This document shows, one piece after another, positions 12,263-24,933 of a stretch of 42,751 nucleotides of DNA (position 1 is its first letter; each line of letters begins with the position of its first letter). Position numbers and translations under genes: made by a program. Source of the DNA: Toensbergia leucococca. Taxonomy: Eukaryota. Under the pieces are notes generated by a model. It worked only from the letters and a program-made list of their open reading frames with translations, was not told where the DNA came from and did no database searches. The stretch is taken from the NCBI GenBank assembly GCA_022813965.1, contig JALDZS010000074.1:62001-104751 (forward strand), given 5' to 3'.

Positions 12263-13069
12263 TCAAGCAACGCACCTCAACGCAGGACGACTCCCATTAT
12301 ACCGATACAAGACATCCCAATCCTCCGCACTCGCCTCCCCCACCTCCGCGCGCTTCCAAATCTCCCGCATCTCCCACCCCACCACCTCCCCCCCACACGG
12401 AGGAGGAAAATACAACTCCTCCGCAACCCATAGCCCGGCGCAGTGCACATTTCGAATGGGGCAAGACGGATGATCGCAGACACGCAGCATCATCCTCGTA
12501 CTGCTCGCCCTATCGGCCGGCGCAACCCAGAAGCTTTGCTCTGGGTGTGAGGGCGAGAAGAGGGGTGCTTTGTCAGGAGCAGGAGTGGCGATTGGGTATC
12601 TCTCTGATGACAGCGGAGCCGGGGGTTCGGAGGAGGAAGGGCCGAGGGCAATACTCGTCATGTCCCTGGCCAGGGCCGCGATGGCGCCTGGTGTGGTAGG
12701 GGTGAAGGAAGCCAGAGTCGGGGCCGCCGTCGGGAAGTGTTGTTCTGGCGTGCTGCAACGATGGGAACGACGTAGTAAATTTTGGGGGGTCAAGGAGGAA
12801 AAGGGGTTAGCGAGCTTGGTGTGTGGGGATTGCGAGAAGGCTTCCGTGTTGTCTGTCGGGAGCGGGCTTGTGCAGGCGCTTCGGAGGCTGTTGTTGCGGT
12901 CGGTCTCCTCCTCCGCGAAGGTCAGCGAGGCGAAGAAGTCGGGGCTTCCCGGCCGGAAGGAGGCGCTTGAAGCGGTGGGGGGGCTGGGAGGTTGCTGCCA
13001 ATGCTGCTGCTGCTGCGGGCGGCTTGAGCCTTTGGCGGCGCGGCGATGGGTGAGGTCGTGGGGGGCCAT
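12263..13069 (-). CDS. Intronless orphan protein (268 aa): S/P-rich disordered N-terminus, C-terminal Cys/His motif
   Basis: GC-rich open frame with ATG in AAAAAAATGG context; C-terminus RVCDHPSCPIRNVHCAGLW...WEMREIWKRAEVG. No family recognised. Confidence 0.6.
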   Translation of the reverse strand: MAPHDLTHRRAAKGSSRPQQQQHWQQPPSPPTASSASFRPGSPDFFASLTFAEEETDRNNSLRSACTSPLPTDNTEAFSQSPHTKLANPFSSLTPQNLLRRSHRCSTPEQHFPTAAPTLASFTPTTPGAIAALARDMTSIALGPSSSEPPAPLSSERYPIATPAPDKAPLFSPSHPEQSFWVAPADRASSTRMMLRVCDHPSCPIRNVHCAGLWVAEELYFPPPCGGEVVGWEMREIWKRAEVGEASAEDWDVLYRYNGSRPALRCVA

Positions 13070-13702
13070 TTTTTTTGCTGGTTTTTGATTAGTTGGGTGT
13101 GGGGGTGTTGCTTACCTGGATGTATTTTCTTTTGGGGGATATCTCCGCTTTGGGTTTGAGGGTGGTTGGTGTGGAGCTTGGCTGGGACCTTTGATTGGTT
13201 TTGGTTTCGAAGTGGTGGACTGGGTGTTGAAGGTCGGAGTGCGGTGGTGGATTTGTGGGTTGGATGGTGCGGAGGATGTTTTTATATCTGGTTGGGGGGT
13301 TTTTTTGGGGAGTGGTTGCCCTTGATGTGAGTTTTGGGAGTTGAAAGGGCATTGTTCATGTCATAGAATGGCATTGTACTAATTCGGATGGATTGGCTGC
13401 ATAGTAGAGAGAGAGAGAGAGAGAGAGAACAATGCGCTTCCCCCCCCCCGGCTTTGTTTTTGAGATTTTTGCAAGATAAAGAAAGGGGTTGTTGGGATTT
13501 GATGGAGGGACGAAAGAAAGAAAAAAAAGGAAATCGGAGGGTTTCATCACTTTGATTGTTACGGCCGGAATTTTTGCTTTGGGAGAAAGACAATTGGGGG
13601 GGGGGGCGTGAAAGAAAAGGAAAGAGAACAAAGAGAATAGAAGAATGGGATTGTGGACAAATGGCGGATATAGATCCCTTTGTATTGTTGGGTTATCCGA
13701 AA

Positions 13703-14057
13703 GGGGGGAGTTAAAAAGGGCAAGGAAATTGGGGTTTATCTTCTTTTTCTTGATGCGAGGTTTGCGAGTCGGGGGGTCTTTTCCTTTGTTAGCGATGAAT
13801 CACAGTCATTTCCCCCTTTTTCCATCTCCGTTTCGAGGCTTTCTTTCAAATTGTAAACACGAGCCATTTTCCAACTGGAATTACCGATGTATTTGTATTG
13901 TATGTCTCTTCCTTTGCTCGCTGTGGATAATCTCAACAACTAAGCCCAGGTTAAATAGCTGAAAAGGTAAAGCGAAGCACGAAATGCACAACACGGGCAA
14001 TCCTAGGCACTGTTTCAAAGTTCTGAACTGATTATTCAACAGCCTGCATCTGTATGA
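13703..14057. repeat. Right arm of ~350-bp inverted repeat, directly downstream of the RPL23 stop codon
   Basis: Reverse complement of 11714-12058; outer end TGTATGA at 14051-14057, about 48 bp from the RPL23 stop. Confidence 0.95.
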
Positions 14058-14105
14058 TCTAATCTTTGCCTAACTAATGAGAGAATTTGGACAAAGTCAT
14101 TTGCC

Positions 14106-14965
14106 TCACATCACGACTCCGGAATTGCTGGCAATACGCTAGAGAGCACATCGAGATTAGCTTCGTGTTCTCTCTCACCTTACATCTTTCAATGCATGAA
14201 CAACATACTGGCCACAATTCTGCTGCTTCCTTCCCCACGGGCCCCGTGATGGCCGATCCCTTCATTTCACCCTTTGGGTTGACAATCTAGACAGGTCCAA
14301 AGAAATTAGCAATCGTAAACCCCGTTAAAAAAAACCCCCCCCTGGCAACATCTCCCCCCATCAAAACCCCATAACACCCATACGGAAACCCCTTGAATTG
14401 GGGGAGTCTCTTTCATATTGCAACACAATTTGAAGCCAACTTGCACCCATGCCATCAAAGAAAAAGAAAAAAACTCACCACTCCAGCATTATCCTCAAAA
14501 TATAGATAAACCCCATCCGCCCTCCTCCACGGCTTACTCTGCCTCACCACCACCGCCGGCATGACCTTCTTCCTCAACTCGGGCTTTCCCTTCTTGACGG
14601 TCGCCATGACCATGTCGCCGACACCGGCAGCGGGGAGACGGTTGAGACGGGCGCCGATGCCCTTGACGGAGATGATGTAGAGGTTTCGCGCGCCCGAGTT
14701 ATCGCAGCAGTTCATGACGGCTCCACTGTAAAGGGATTTTTTTTTCCAATTAGCCCCCATCACTAATGCCTCTTCCCCCCGCAACGCTTGCTAGAGAAAT
14801 GGAAAGACTATGGATTTCAAAAGGTTGAAAGACTCGACATACACTGGGAGACCGAGGGTCATCTTGAGCTTATTGCCCGAGGCACCACCGCGACTACATC
14901 AAAGCTATCAGCTCGGTTCTTTGAATCGCATTCTCTGGCAACTCTTTTCACCCTCTCTTAGACAT
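14106..14965 (-). CDS. RPL23: 60S ribosomal protein L23 (uL14), 5 exons
   Basis: Spliced product [76 protein letters not shown]...[44 protein letters not shown]. Confidence 0.97.
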
Positions 14966-15084
14966 CTTGAATTTTCTCGGTTGTTGGAAATCTTTCGGTG
15001 CAGAGTTGGACTTGAGTGTTGAATGAGATGGTGTAATGTAACAATTGTGTGGGCGCTAGTGCCAAAATCTTGGCGGTGACCAAG

Positions 15085-15110
15085 CGAACCCTAAATTACG
15101 GTTAGGTTCG
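15085..15110. promoter_or_regulatory. Inverted telobox-like pair upstream of RPL23 (possible Tbf1-type ribosomal protein promoter element)
   Basis: CGAACCCTAA-N7-TTAGGTTCG, an imperfect palindrome 120-145 bp upstream of the RPL23 ATG; TTAGGG-type sites are known in fungal ribosomal protein promoters. Confidence 0.35.
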
Positions 15111-15489
15111 AGGGAGGAGGGTTTCATTACTCTCGTGCATTTCAATCTTTTGAAGACACCAGCAAAGTACACTGTAGAAAAAGCGCGACAGCCATCATTA
15201 CACTTTGTTCTATGACCTTGGATTAGATTCTCTAGTAGATCACTGTCCTCTCAATAATGCTGTAAATGCAGCAGATCTCCCTTGTGTCACCAGGACTGTG
15301 ATCATCGCCCTAGATAGTACACATAACCACTTCTACAGAACATGATCCAACAAAGGTAGATCTAATTCGCCGTTTCAGGAACGCCAAATTGTGGTATCAT
15401 GTAGCCATTGCTCCACCAAGAACGCGCAAAACCCCGTTCGCCATGCAGATATCGAAGGAAATGGCACCTCAATCATGATCCCTGAAAAA

Positions 15490-17668
15490 CTACAGAGCGT
15501 TTTCCGTAGCTTGCTCTGCAGCGACGTCTTCATTTTCCCGCTCCTGCCGTCCTTCTTCTTTCATCAATTCAGGATCATCAAGAGTATCTCCCTCGTCCAT
15601 AGCGTCATCTCCCATTTCATCATCCATGGTCGCCGGCATTATGGGAGCAGCTATTGCTTCGGGAGGAGAGTCTGGTGGCGTCGCTTCTTGAGGCCCCTCT
15701 GCCGATGCATGAGCAGGGGCCGGGGCGGGATCCATAACCTCGTCAGTCATATCTATGTCCCCTTCCTCCATAGTCAGGTCATCCTGTGATATTGAGCTCT
15801 TCCGAGAAGCAATACTAGACGCTTCACTCTCGTCCGAATTGGCAGGGCTGCTATGCACAGAACCATTGACAACTGCATCGACAGCGGAACGTGAGGCTCT
15901 AAGGCCATCTCCGAGACGGCTTCTTCCTCTCATGGGTGTTCCGGCCTCGCTGGCAAGTTCTTCCTCCGCTGCAAGAGTAAGCGGGTGATCACCAAAATTC
16001 ATCATATTGCGCCTCTTTCGCACTCCAAGTTGACGACGAACTCCATTGCTCTCATTTTCTTCCTCGTCTTCACTTTCACTGAGCTCGCCATCTTTCTCAA
16101 CATATTTATCCCAGCGTCGCTTCGTATACCTCTGATCCTTGTTGTCATCTTCATCAAGATCATCGAGTACTGCGTCAGCTTCGTCGTCCATGCCTTCTGG
16201 ATCACGAGGAACGTCGGTCATCTGTACTGAAGGGGCAAATGTGGTACGCTTAAGATTCTCGATGACTTGAGACCGGATTTTTCGTAGATATTCTGGTGAG
16301 TTTGCATTGTCCATGTTAGAAGGACGAACGTTGAGTTCGTAATCCGGAGCGTAGTACTATTCGATGTTATCAGCACGATAACACACAGCGATTACTTGTA
16401 AAGTTTCTACCTCATAGTAATCGTTGTAGGGTAACTCCGGTCCAATGGTTTGCCCAACCAGTAATCCAGTCTCGTAGGCCCACGTCCTCGAGACGTTCCT
16501 CATAGTATAGCCACCTCCACCAAGCACAAGTACTGGTAGGTCGAAACTCTTAACGAACTTCACACAATTTGCGTGACCTTGCATGCTAAGATTGAAGCAT
16601 CCTAATCGGTCGCCGGATAAGCTGTCTCCACCACACTGTAGGACGATAGCTTCTGGTCGGTAGTATTCCATGACGCTTTTGATGACCGGCTCAAAAATAC
16701 CCTTGTACGACTTGTCGTCGATACCATCACGGAGTGGGAAATTAATCGAATAATGTTTGCCTGCGCCGACACCAACGTCGCGGAGCTCGCCAGTACCAGG
16801 AAAGTATTCGCCATATTTATGAAACGACACTGTCATGACTCGGTCGGTTGTATAGAATGCCTCCTCAACTCCGTCTCCATGATGGACATCGATGTCAATA
16901 TAGAGAACGCGCTGATTGAAGCGAAGAAGCTCCAGAATTCCGAGAACGATATCTGCGAATCTGAGTGAGCATAACGTTCACAGATCCAAAATGTAGTAAA
17001 CCTTACCATTGATGTAACAAAACCCACTGGCTTCGCTCTTCTTGGCATGATGTAAGCCTCCAGCCCAGTTGATCGCAACATCACACTTTCCACGATTGAG
17101 TCTTGCGGCGCCTTCCATGCTTCCACCTGCGCTTATTCCACAAAATTCAAAGAGACCATCGAAGACTGGGCAATCGTCCCCAACGTTGAATCTTCCTTGT
17201 TCTTTTTGAAATGCTTCCATGTTATCCGGTGTTACCTTGTTCAAAAACTCGACATATTCGTCAGTGTGGAATTGGCTCATTTCGAGTTTGGATGCTGGTT
17301 TCGCACGCTGCTATACATTAGCCATAGCTACACACAGCCTTCAATCAGTGATATATGCTATGACCAGTGGCTTTGGACAGGTACAGGCGGATTCGAGTTG
17401 TGACATTACACTAGAAGATTGTGCCCACGGAGATGGCCATGCGCGAAGTAATCGTCTCATTGAGCGAGAGCCGACTTACATAGATTTCCATGTGCTTATA
17501 GAGAGAGTAATTCATGATAAGACTATGAGCCAGCCGAATTCTATGCGGCTTCATTGGATGTCCAGCAACATAGGCATAATTGCCTACATCGGAGTCGTAA
17601 AAGTAGGCAACGCATTTCTTGTCATGGCCATTCGTGGTAGGAGGATCCAAGGGGGCAAAAGACGACAT
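15490..17668 (-). CDS. RPD3: Class I histone deacetylase Rpd3/RpdA
   Basis: [95 protein letters not shown]; acidic filamentous-fungal C-terminal tail. Confidence 0.97.
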
Positions 17669-18181
17669 GATTCAATCCCTAGCCAGCGGGGTAGTCTATT
17701 GACGATCAAATTCTTCAATCAGGTAGATATATGAAATTGGTAACAGTCATGAGGTTTCTTGGGCGCATGGGAATTAAAGTCGGAACTTCGGCCGGAGGTT
17801 GGTTATGAGATAGCCTCATAGCCCAACAAGGAAAAGCGCGAACTGCGAAAACCCCTTGTACCCCTTATGGCGAACGGCTTGGAAGTCGGAGTAGGTCTAC
17901 ACTCTGATAAACACAATCCTCTCTATCATAAGTCTGAACATGTTGCAAGATTCCACCCGCCTTAAATATTAGCCCGTAGTTAGGGTCTAGCTTCTAAAGG
18001 TTCGTGATTTTAAATAGTACAGGTACCTAAATCGTCTCGAAGCATGTCGCTTTCGATTGTCATGATATTCATAGCACGTATATCCTTGAGACAGCTCTTA
18101 ATATCCTAGATGCATGACTAAATCTTCACCTTCAACGTGATCGTGTACGCCTCCAACTCCTAGCATAACCAAGTTTAGCCC

Positions 18182-21072
18182 TCAGTCTGCTTGACGCTCT
18201 TGAAGCCTTGCTCCAGCCTGAACGACGAGTAGACTTGTTTGAATTACCTCGACCATCATAGCTTCCGCTGTCTGACCTATACATTGCCTCCGCTCAGATG
18301 CAGCGTTATTCAAGCCAACATTTCGTACGAAGTCGCTATCGGTGAAATGACTCTTCCTACCCACAACAATGAGGTCTCCGGCGTTCTTCGGGCTCCCTCC
18401 AACCTCAATTTTCGCGCGTGCTAACGTCTCCTCAAGGGGTGTTACAGTCTCCACTGACTGGAACACGACGCGCGAAGAAAGAGTTGAGGGAAGGGAGTCT
18501 CTAAGAGAAGCAAAGAAGGATATGTCGCCCACTACGTCATTGTTCAATTCTACGGGCGAGTCCTTTACTTTAACGCCCTCTTTCTCTGGTGACTTGAACA
18601 GATCTGCTGCCGATCGAGCCTCTGGTTGTCTGATTGCGTCCGCATTCGAGATATGAATGATAGTTGCAGTGATATTGGTGTTTTGCGCGAGTTGCAAAAC
18701 CAATCGCAAAGCCACTCGATCGTCAGCACCACCAAAGTACGGAAAGAACACGTGATGGCTTCGATCAGCGACGAGACTGGGAACCATTCCGAGATTACTT
18801 CGCTGGCTCAACCGACTGAGAGTCCTTTCCAATCTTTGTTGCCGTACTTCACCGTGTCCACCAAAGCCGTTGTTGATGAATATAGCTGTATTGCAGGACG
18901 GAATGGATAGAGCGTTGTTAACGAATTGATTATGCAGACCGCTAGTGTACCGATTCTCTGTCCCGTCTAGGAACGAGTTTCCTCGTTCGCCGATACTTCC
19001 GGTCTCACTCCAAGGAATCAGCACAAGATCAGAGCAGAGCTCAGAAGCCTTATCGGCAAGGGTAGATGCATAGGAGGCCCCAGGTACCACTGCTACTTCC
19101 CCCGAGACTGCAATATTATTTAATTGACCGAATGTGCGGAAAATGTTGACCACAGGATCGTGGATTGTATCTTCATCAACTTCGGAGACATTCATCACAG
19201 AAGAAGTGCGTTCTGTCAGCTCTAGCATACGAACTCCGTGAATCTCTAGTGGGCGGCTCCGTTTCGTTGACAAGGTCGAGTTTGAATTATAGTTGTATCC
19301 ATCAACTTCAGTATCTTGCTTGAGTCGATGGACTTTAGGAGGCGCCTCGGGAGATTTCTCGCCAGCAAGTAAAGTGACGAAAGCTAGAAGACTTGGCATA
19401 CTATCCAGTCGTAAATAGACAAGCATTTTTCCTACTTGGGTGGTTTGCAGCTTCTCAATCGAAATACTGTCTCTCCGCCCAAAGTCATCAGGAGTCGCTT
19501 GCTTAGAGTTCCAGTCAATCTCCCCACGCTTCCATGATTCGAGCTTCTTCTGGTACCACGTCGGATATAGAGCAGATGTTAGAGGAGTTGTCGCAAATGT
19601 AGTAATGAGAGCCATGACAACAAAGATGGTGAAAACTCGAGTGCTCAAAATCTTGGCTGAGAGGCCAATGTTCTATGACAATTAGCCACATCCAAAGAGA
19701 GTCATGTGAGGTCTCACCAAGACAATCAATTCAACTAAACCCTTACAGCTCATTAGAGTTCCAATGGTCAGGCTCTCTCTCCAAACGAGCTTGCATGATC
19801 GCGCGGCTAGGGTACCTCCAATGACTTTCCCAAAGAATGCCACAGCCACGACTCCGATAACATATGCCCAGGTGATGCCATTGTTGAGAAGTCCAAGATT
19901 TGTACTCAGTCCTGATAAAGCAAAGTAGAGCGGTAAGAACAGGACGCTAACCAAATCCTCGATCTTTTCAGCGAGCTTGATAGCAAATCCTCCATCATGT
20001 GGACACAGCAATCCTACCAAGAATGCGCCAAAGATTGGATGAATGCCAATAACGCCCGTAAAAAAGGCGGATGTCAACATCATGAGTAAAGTGAGAGCCA
20101 CTACTGTCTGCGTAGGTCCATTCTGCAGACTTCCTGTCCGCTTGAGAATCCACATGAAGACGGGTCGAACAGCATAGCTTAAGAAAAGAGTCCAAGCCAG
20201 AGCAGTCAGCAAAACCCAGAGCGCTACTATACCGGTACCAGCGTTGACCAATGTAACACAAAGAGCTAGGAGAATCCAGCCAACAACATCGTTCCCAACT
20301 CCTGCAGAAAGGACTATCACGCCGACGGGGGTGCTGAGGAGCTTGAGTTCGGTCAGGATACGACAAAGGACGGGAAAAGCCTGGAGAGAATCAGCATCAA
20401 AGAGGATCGAGCTTAAGAGAATAATTCTTACAGTGATGGCCATAGCAATACCAATGAATAACATGTAGACCGGAAAGCTGATCGGCTTTGTCCCTGGCTC
20501 ATCCTTGAACTGGTTGTAGAGTCCCCATGCAATGGCGCAACCCAGACCAAACGGTAAAGCCATTCCAGCCGCCCCAACGCTCAACGCAACCTTCCAATTA
20601 CTCATAAGATATCTCAGGTCGACTTCCAAACCAACGAGAAAAAGGAAGAGTAAAAGTCCTAAATTGGCGACAAGCGTAAGGGGCGGCATGGATGCGACTG
20701 GGAAGATAGCCTCTGTGAAGCCAGGGATCCTGCCAAAGACCGAAGGTCCTAATAAAATCCCACCAATGACTTCTGCGATCACACGAGGCTGGCGTAGCCT
20801 GGAGAGAGGGAAATGGAGCAGGCGGCAGAATATGAGGATGATGCCCGCCTAAAGAAAGAGAATCAGCGTGATTAGAAGGAAGCATGTGGAGTGATTGGGA
20901 ACCACACCTGTATGATGAACAGAATGATAGGGTTCTTGGGATCAAATTTGGATGGGTTCCCTCCTTGAAGGATTCCACCCTGCGGCGTCGCTCTGATGGT
21001 ACTGGAAGGTGTAGCTGAGAGCGAAACAGTAACAGTCTTCGTGATGCCCGAGGCAATAATAGAGGATGCCAT
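18182..21072 (-). CDS. KHA1: K+/H+ antiporter (CPA2 family), multi-exon
   Basis: QGGILQGGNPSKFDPKNPIILFIIQ, VIAEVIGGILLGPS, ITAFPVLCRILTEL, GVGNDVVGWILL, LFLPLYFALSGL, MSCKGLVELIVL; cytosolic C-terminal domain with FFGGADDRVAL-like motif. Confidence 0.93.
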
Positions 21073-21925
21073 GATTTAGGTTCTGCGTATGGTAACCCCG
21101 TCGCAATCAAAGTCTCTTGGCTTGGGTTGAAGATTGGGATTGCTGAGAGATCTCAACGAGAGGTTGTAGTTGTACTCGTATTCAAACTCATGTCCTTTCA
21201 ATCAAAGGGAGACAAGCGCTGTTTTGAACATGGACACATGACCGTAGACAAAGGCATCGAGGGTCGAGGCTCACCGCTTCAGTCCACATGCTCCACTATA
21301 GCTAAGCAGGGATTGAAGCGTTGCGCCATCCTTGGTAGAATAGCGATCCTTGGTGTGGGGTCGAGCTGAGATGGAGCCGAAAAGGCCGCGGACAATATCA
21401 GCTCTCGTCTTGCATGAATGCGGCCGGAAAGTGAAGGATCATAGACTGCGCAGTTAATGTGTGATTGGCCTGTCTTTATTGAATGGGCTGCTTACTTTGG
21501 AGTGTGTGCCTTCTTTGTTTCATGACGCCGGCTGTGGATTGCAGTAAAGCTGTGCGGGGAAACCCCTCAGTTGCTGAAGCTGGACTCTCAAGTATGCGCA
21601 TGGTTCGATACACTCGAATTTGATGAGGCGATGACCACGAAGTCGCTGGTAAGAACTGATGGAGCTGACTGTGGTATGAAGCTAAACAGGTCGTCGGCGA
21701 ATTGGAGTGAGACAAATCGCCAATGGTCGCATTCCTGTCAGGATGACCGAGTAGTCGGTATTCAACCTGACCCAATTAAAAATGCTCCATGTTCCAGTGC
21801 AGCGGCTATGCGTGGGGTGTCGTTGAGGCATACATCTCTCGTATTTCCTTTGTCAATCTATCGATTCTTTGATCCAACGTAGCGCATAGAATATTCTATC
21901 CAATTTTGTCTTGGTGAAACGAACT

Positions 21926-22855
21926 CTAAGAAAGTGGTCTTCTGCCCACAGTAATGTAAAGTCTCCACTGCTTCCCCTCTTCCTCTGCCAAACACTTACG
22001 ACTCTCCATTTGCAACTCTTTTACTTCCTCTTCTGGCAATCCCAGGCCCTCCACCACCCTTGGAATCATATTCCAAAAAATCCCCGGCATCTCCCTGACT
22101 TGGTGTGCCCCCAGGCGCTCCGTCTCTGGCCGATCCTTCGTGGCCCACTTTCCAAAAGGAATCCCGTACTCCTGGACCCTCACATCAACCAGTCCCGCCT
22201 CTCGCATGTATTTGGCAGCATTACTGCCGCAATCAAGGTCCAGGTCTTTGCGCAAAGCTCCCTTTCGTAGTGCTTTTAGCCATCGCCATTCCCCACTACA
22301 AGCCTGTCCGTGGAGCCAAAATACGTAGTCAAGATCTTGCACCTCGGCCCACCCGCCAGGCTTCAGCCGCAATGCCACTACGTCCTTTATATACCTGGCC
22401 CAATCCGTCATACCACAGATCAGGAGTCGACTAAATACATAGTCGAGGCTGCCAGCTGCCAGGCGTGGATCTGTCTGTGCAAGTTTCTTCACGTCGCCTT
22501 GGATGTAGCAGATATTAGTCGGCGTGTCTGGGCGGATGGCAGGAACAGGGGTCAAGTCGACACCGTAAATGGTGGCAGAGGGAAACAGGCTGCTAAAATT
22601 GTGAGTCACAACGCCTGTGCCACAACCGATGTCAAGGAGTCGTTCGGGATTGGTAAGTGGAGCGTGGATAATGTTGCCGTGCATAAGTTCAGCGAAGCCA
22701 GAGGCTTGGTCTTCGAGACGAGCATGCTCAGCGGAGCTAGAAGAATTAGAGGGATCCTCAACGAATTAGGTACAGGTTGGGGGACTGAACTCATTCGGGA
22801 GATTGTATTCGGCTTCGGTTTCGTGGTAGGTTCTCTGGGTATCTGGCGTCTCCAT
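21926..22855 (-). CDS. SAM-dependent methyltransferase, LaeA-like/TAM family
   Basis: Exon 1 METPDTQRTYHETEAEYNLPN, short intron, then DSAEHARLEDQ..., IIHAPL, LLDIGCGTG, IYGVDLTPVP, LKPGGWAEVQD. Confidence 0.85.
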
Positions 22856-23589
22856 GTTGGAAGATGAAAAATTCCAACGAGAGGATTTTCTTAGACCTTC
22901 AAGAAGCAATTTGTGTACTGGCCTGAGATATGTTTGCAGAATCAACAATGGTATAAACTTGGTGATAGACGTCTCACTTGGAACAGAGAATTGAAAAGAC
23001 AACACCTAGGATTTACAGCGGAAGAGCTGCAGCAAGATATCCGTGTTCCGGTTGAAGTATGTAAAGAGATTGATTAGATGAAGAAAAGTGGGGTTCATAT
23101 GAAGAATATTCTGGTGGTCATAATTAAGGTAGGTAGGTACTTTTGAAGCTGTGCAGTGACGAAATGATTGATCCTTCTTTTGGCGCTATAATAGATGCAT
23201 TGCACCGTGGTTAACGCAGCGGCAGGTAAGGTAGACTTTGACAGTCATGTACAACGTTGGACGGCAAGGGTCACAAAGCTTGTATCAACGTAGCATGTAC
23301 CGTTGAAGGACGTCTTTTGTCTTGAACCTCCGGGGATAAGTCTTTGCACCGTCCTCTGGACATCTGGCTTTATGAGCCTAAAGACTCATGGGTTCATTGT
23401 GACTTCTACAACCTAAAAGACTGGCAGATTTGCTTCGCAGGCAATGGCGTTTTGAGCGTAAGCTAACACCTCTACCTGATTCTTCTAGTTTTATGAGGAT
23501 ATCAAAAGTCTGACTGAGTGAGACTAGTATCAGGAGGCTTTCAACAGTAGCAAATATTTGACTCGACAGTGGACCTTTTACTTCTCGCA

Positions 23590-24933
23590 TCATATATCGC
23601 TATCTCCTATCGGTGTCTGAACACTCTCAGTAGCATTTGTTGACTCAACAGTCCACGTTCTGGTTTCCCTGATGATTTGTGATCGACTGTGCTGGCTTCC
23701 AGCATCCCATTCAGGGTCCAACACATTTGCTTTTACAGTCGCTGTGTGCTTGTTTCTAGATTGCTTTTCTATTCTCCCAGTAGGGTCACTGGAATGCCGC
23801 TGGCTCGAAAGCTTAATAACCCTACTCTGGGAGCCAGATCCATAGGTACCAGCTGTAGATTCGCCGCGTCGCCGAAGATCGTCACCCCGCATGAAACCAG
23901 AGTCTAGGCTATCAAGGAGCGGCCGTAGGTAGAGGCAGGAAGCGGCGATGATTTCGAGGCACTGGATGCATTGCGTGCAAATGCTCACTGGCCAAAGGTC
24001 GAAAGTCGGGTCCAGATCGTGAGCCTGCTGAAGCCTGGTCCAGAATACAATTTTGCAAATTGTTGCTGCCATGGGCCTAACATACAGTGAGCAGACACAG
24101 ATCATTGACGCTGGAGACCAACTGACATGACACGCAATGAGAAGAACGAAAGCACCGAAGCTTTCTTCTTCAATGGCGTCTGCACGGTCCAGACAATTAA
24201 AAATGGCAAGAGGATCAGAGCCATATCAGTGATCAGGTTGAAAACTTCGAAGTAAGTCCACCAAGCAGTCTGGACTTGATCAGTACCGATGACAGCTGGA
24301 TTTTTCACAGAGACCAGCTTACACGATCAAAACAGGCATTGTTTATGTAGTCCCATGGTCTCGGAAGTCGACACTGAAACGCAGTCACAAATTCCGCAGT
24401 AGCTGCCCAAGCAATTATGATCACTCCCAGTCCATATAACAAAAGCCTGTGTATTCGGAGCGGCGTGATATTTCTGATGAGTGCCAGGACTGCCAGCTTG
24501 GCGAAACACAAGGACAGGATATAGAGGAAGTTTGCAGCATATTCGGCCTGGATGTGTTCAGTTTCCAGATGAGAGGGCCAACAGCAGCGCTAGGCATACC
24601 TTCAGTTCGGCAGATATCTGCGATGGGCTCAAAGAGCTGATAATGTGGCCGAAGCCATTGGCGCACTGAATTGAAACGGCCACAGACTGGGTAATGCTGA
24701 AGAGCTGGCACAATATGTCGTGAGCCTTCTACTTCCCTCTCAAAAGCAACGATTTAAAGCGATCTCACCAGCGCTATTGAGATAAGGATGTCGTCAGGTC
24801 TAAGGACACGGATGATGGTGAATTTGGTTACAGCACGCAGGATAACACCGAAGATGGAGGCAATCAGGAAAAACCATGTCAGTATCTCAATCAAGGGTTT
24901 CACATTCTCCTTCAGATTGAGTCTGTTGTCCAT
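23590..24933 (-). CDS. PTH11-like integral membrane protein (fungal rhodopsin-domain family, no CFEM), multi-exon
   Basis: MDNRLNLK..., LR..TK.....LRPDDILI, CFAKLAVLALI, AFQCRLPRPWD, FNLITDMALILLP..IVW.VQ, IIAASCLYLRPLLDSLDSG; about 7 hydrophobic segments and a polar C-tail. Confidence 0.8.

Noticed and set aside
12570..13088. Plus-strand 172-aa ORF and other short overlapping ORFs
   Set aside because: Antisense shadows of the GC-rich orphan ORF; non-ATG starts, no motifs.
13405..13428. (GA)n microsatellite
   Set aside because: Ordinary simple repeat.
17798..17827. Small imperfect hairpin upstream of RPD3
   Set aside because: Short stem with a bulge; could arise by chance, no ncRNA signature.
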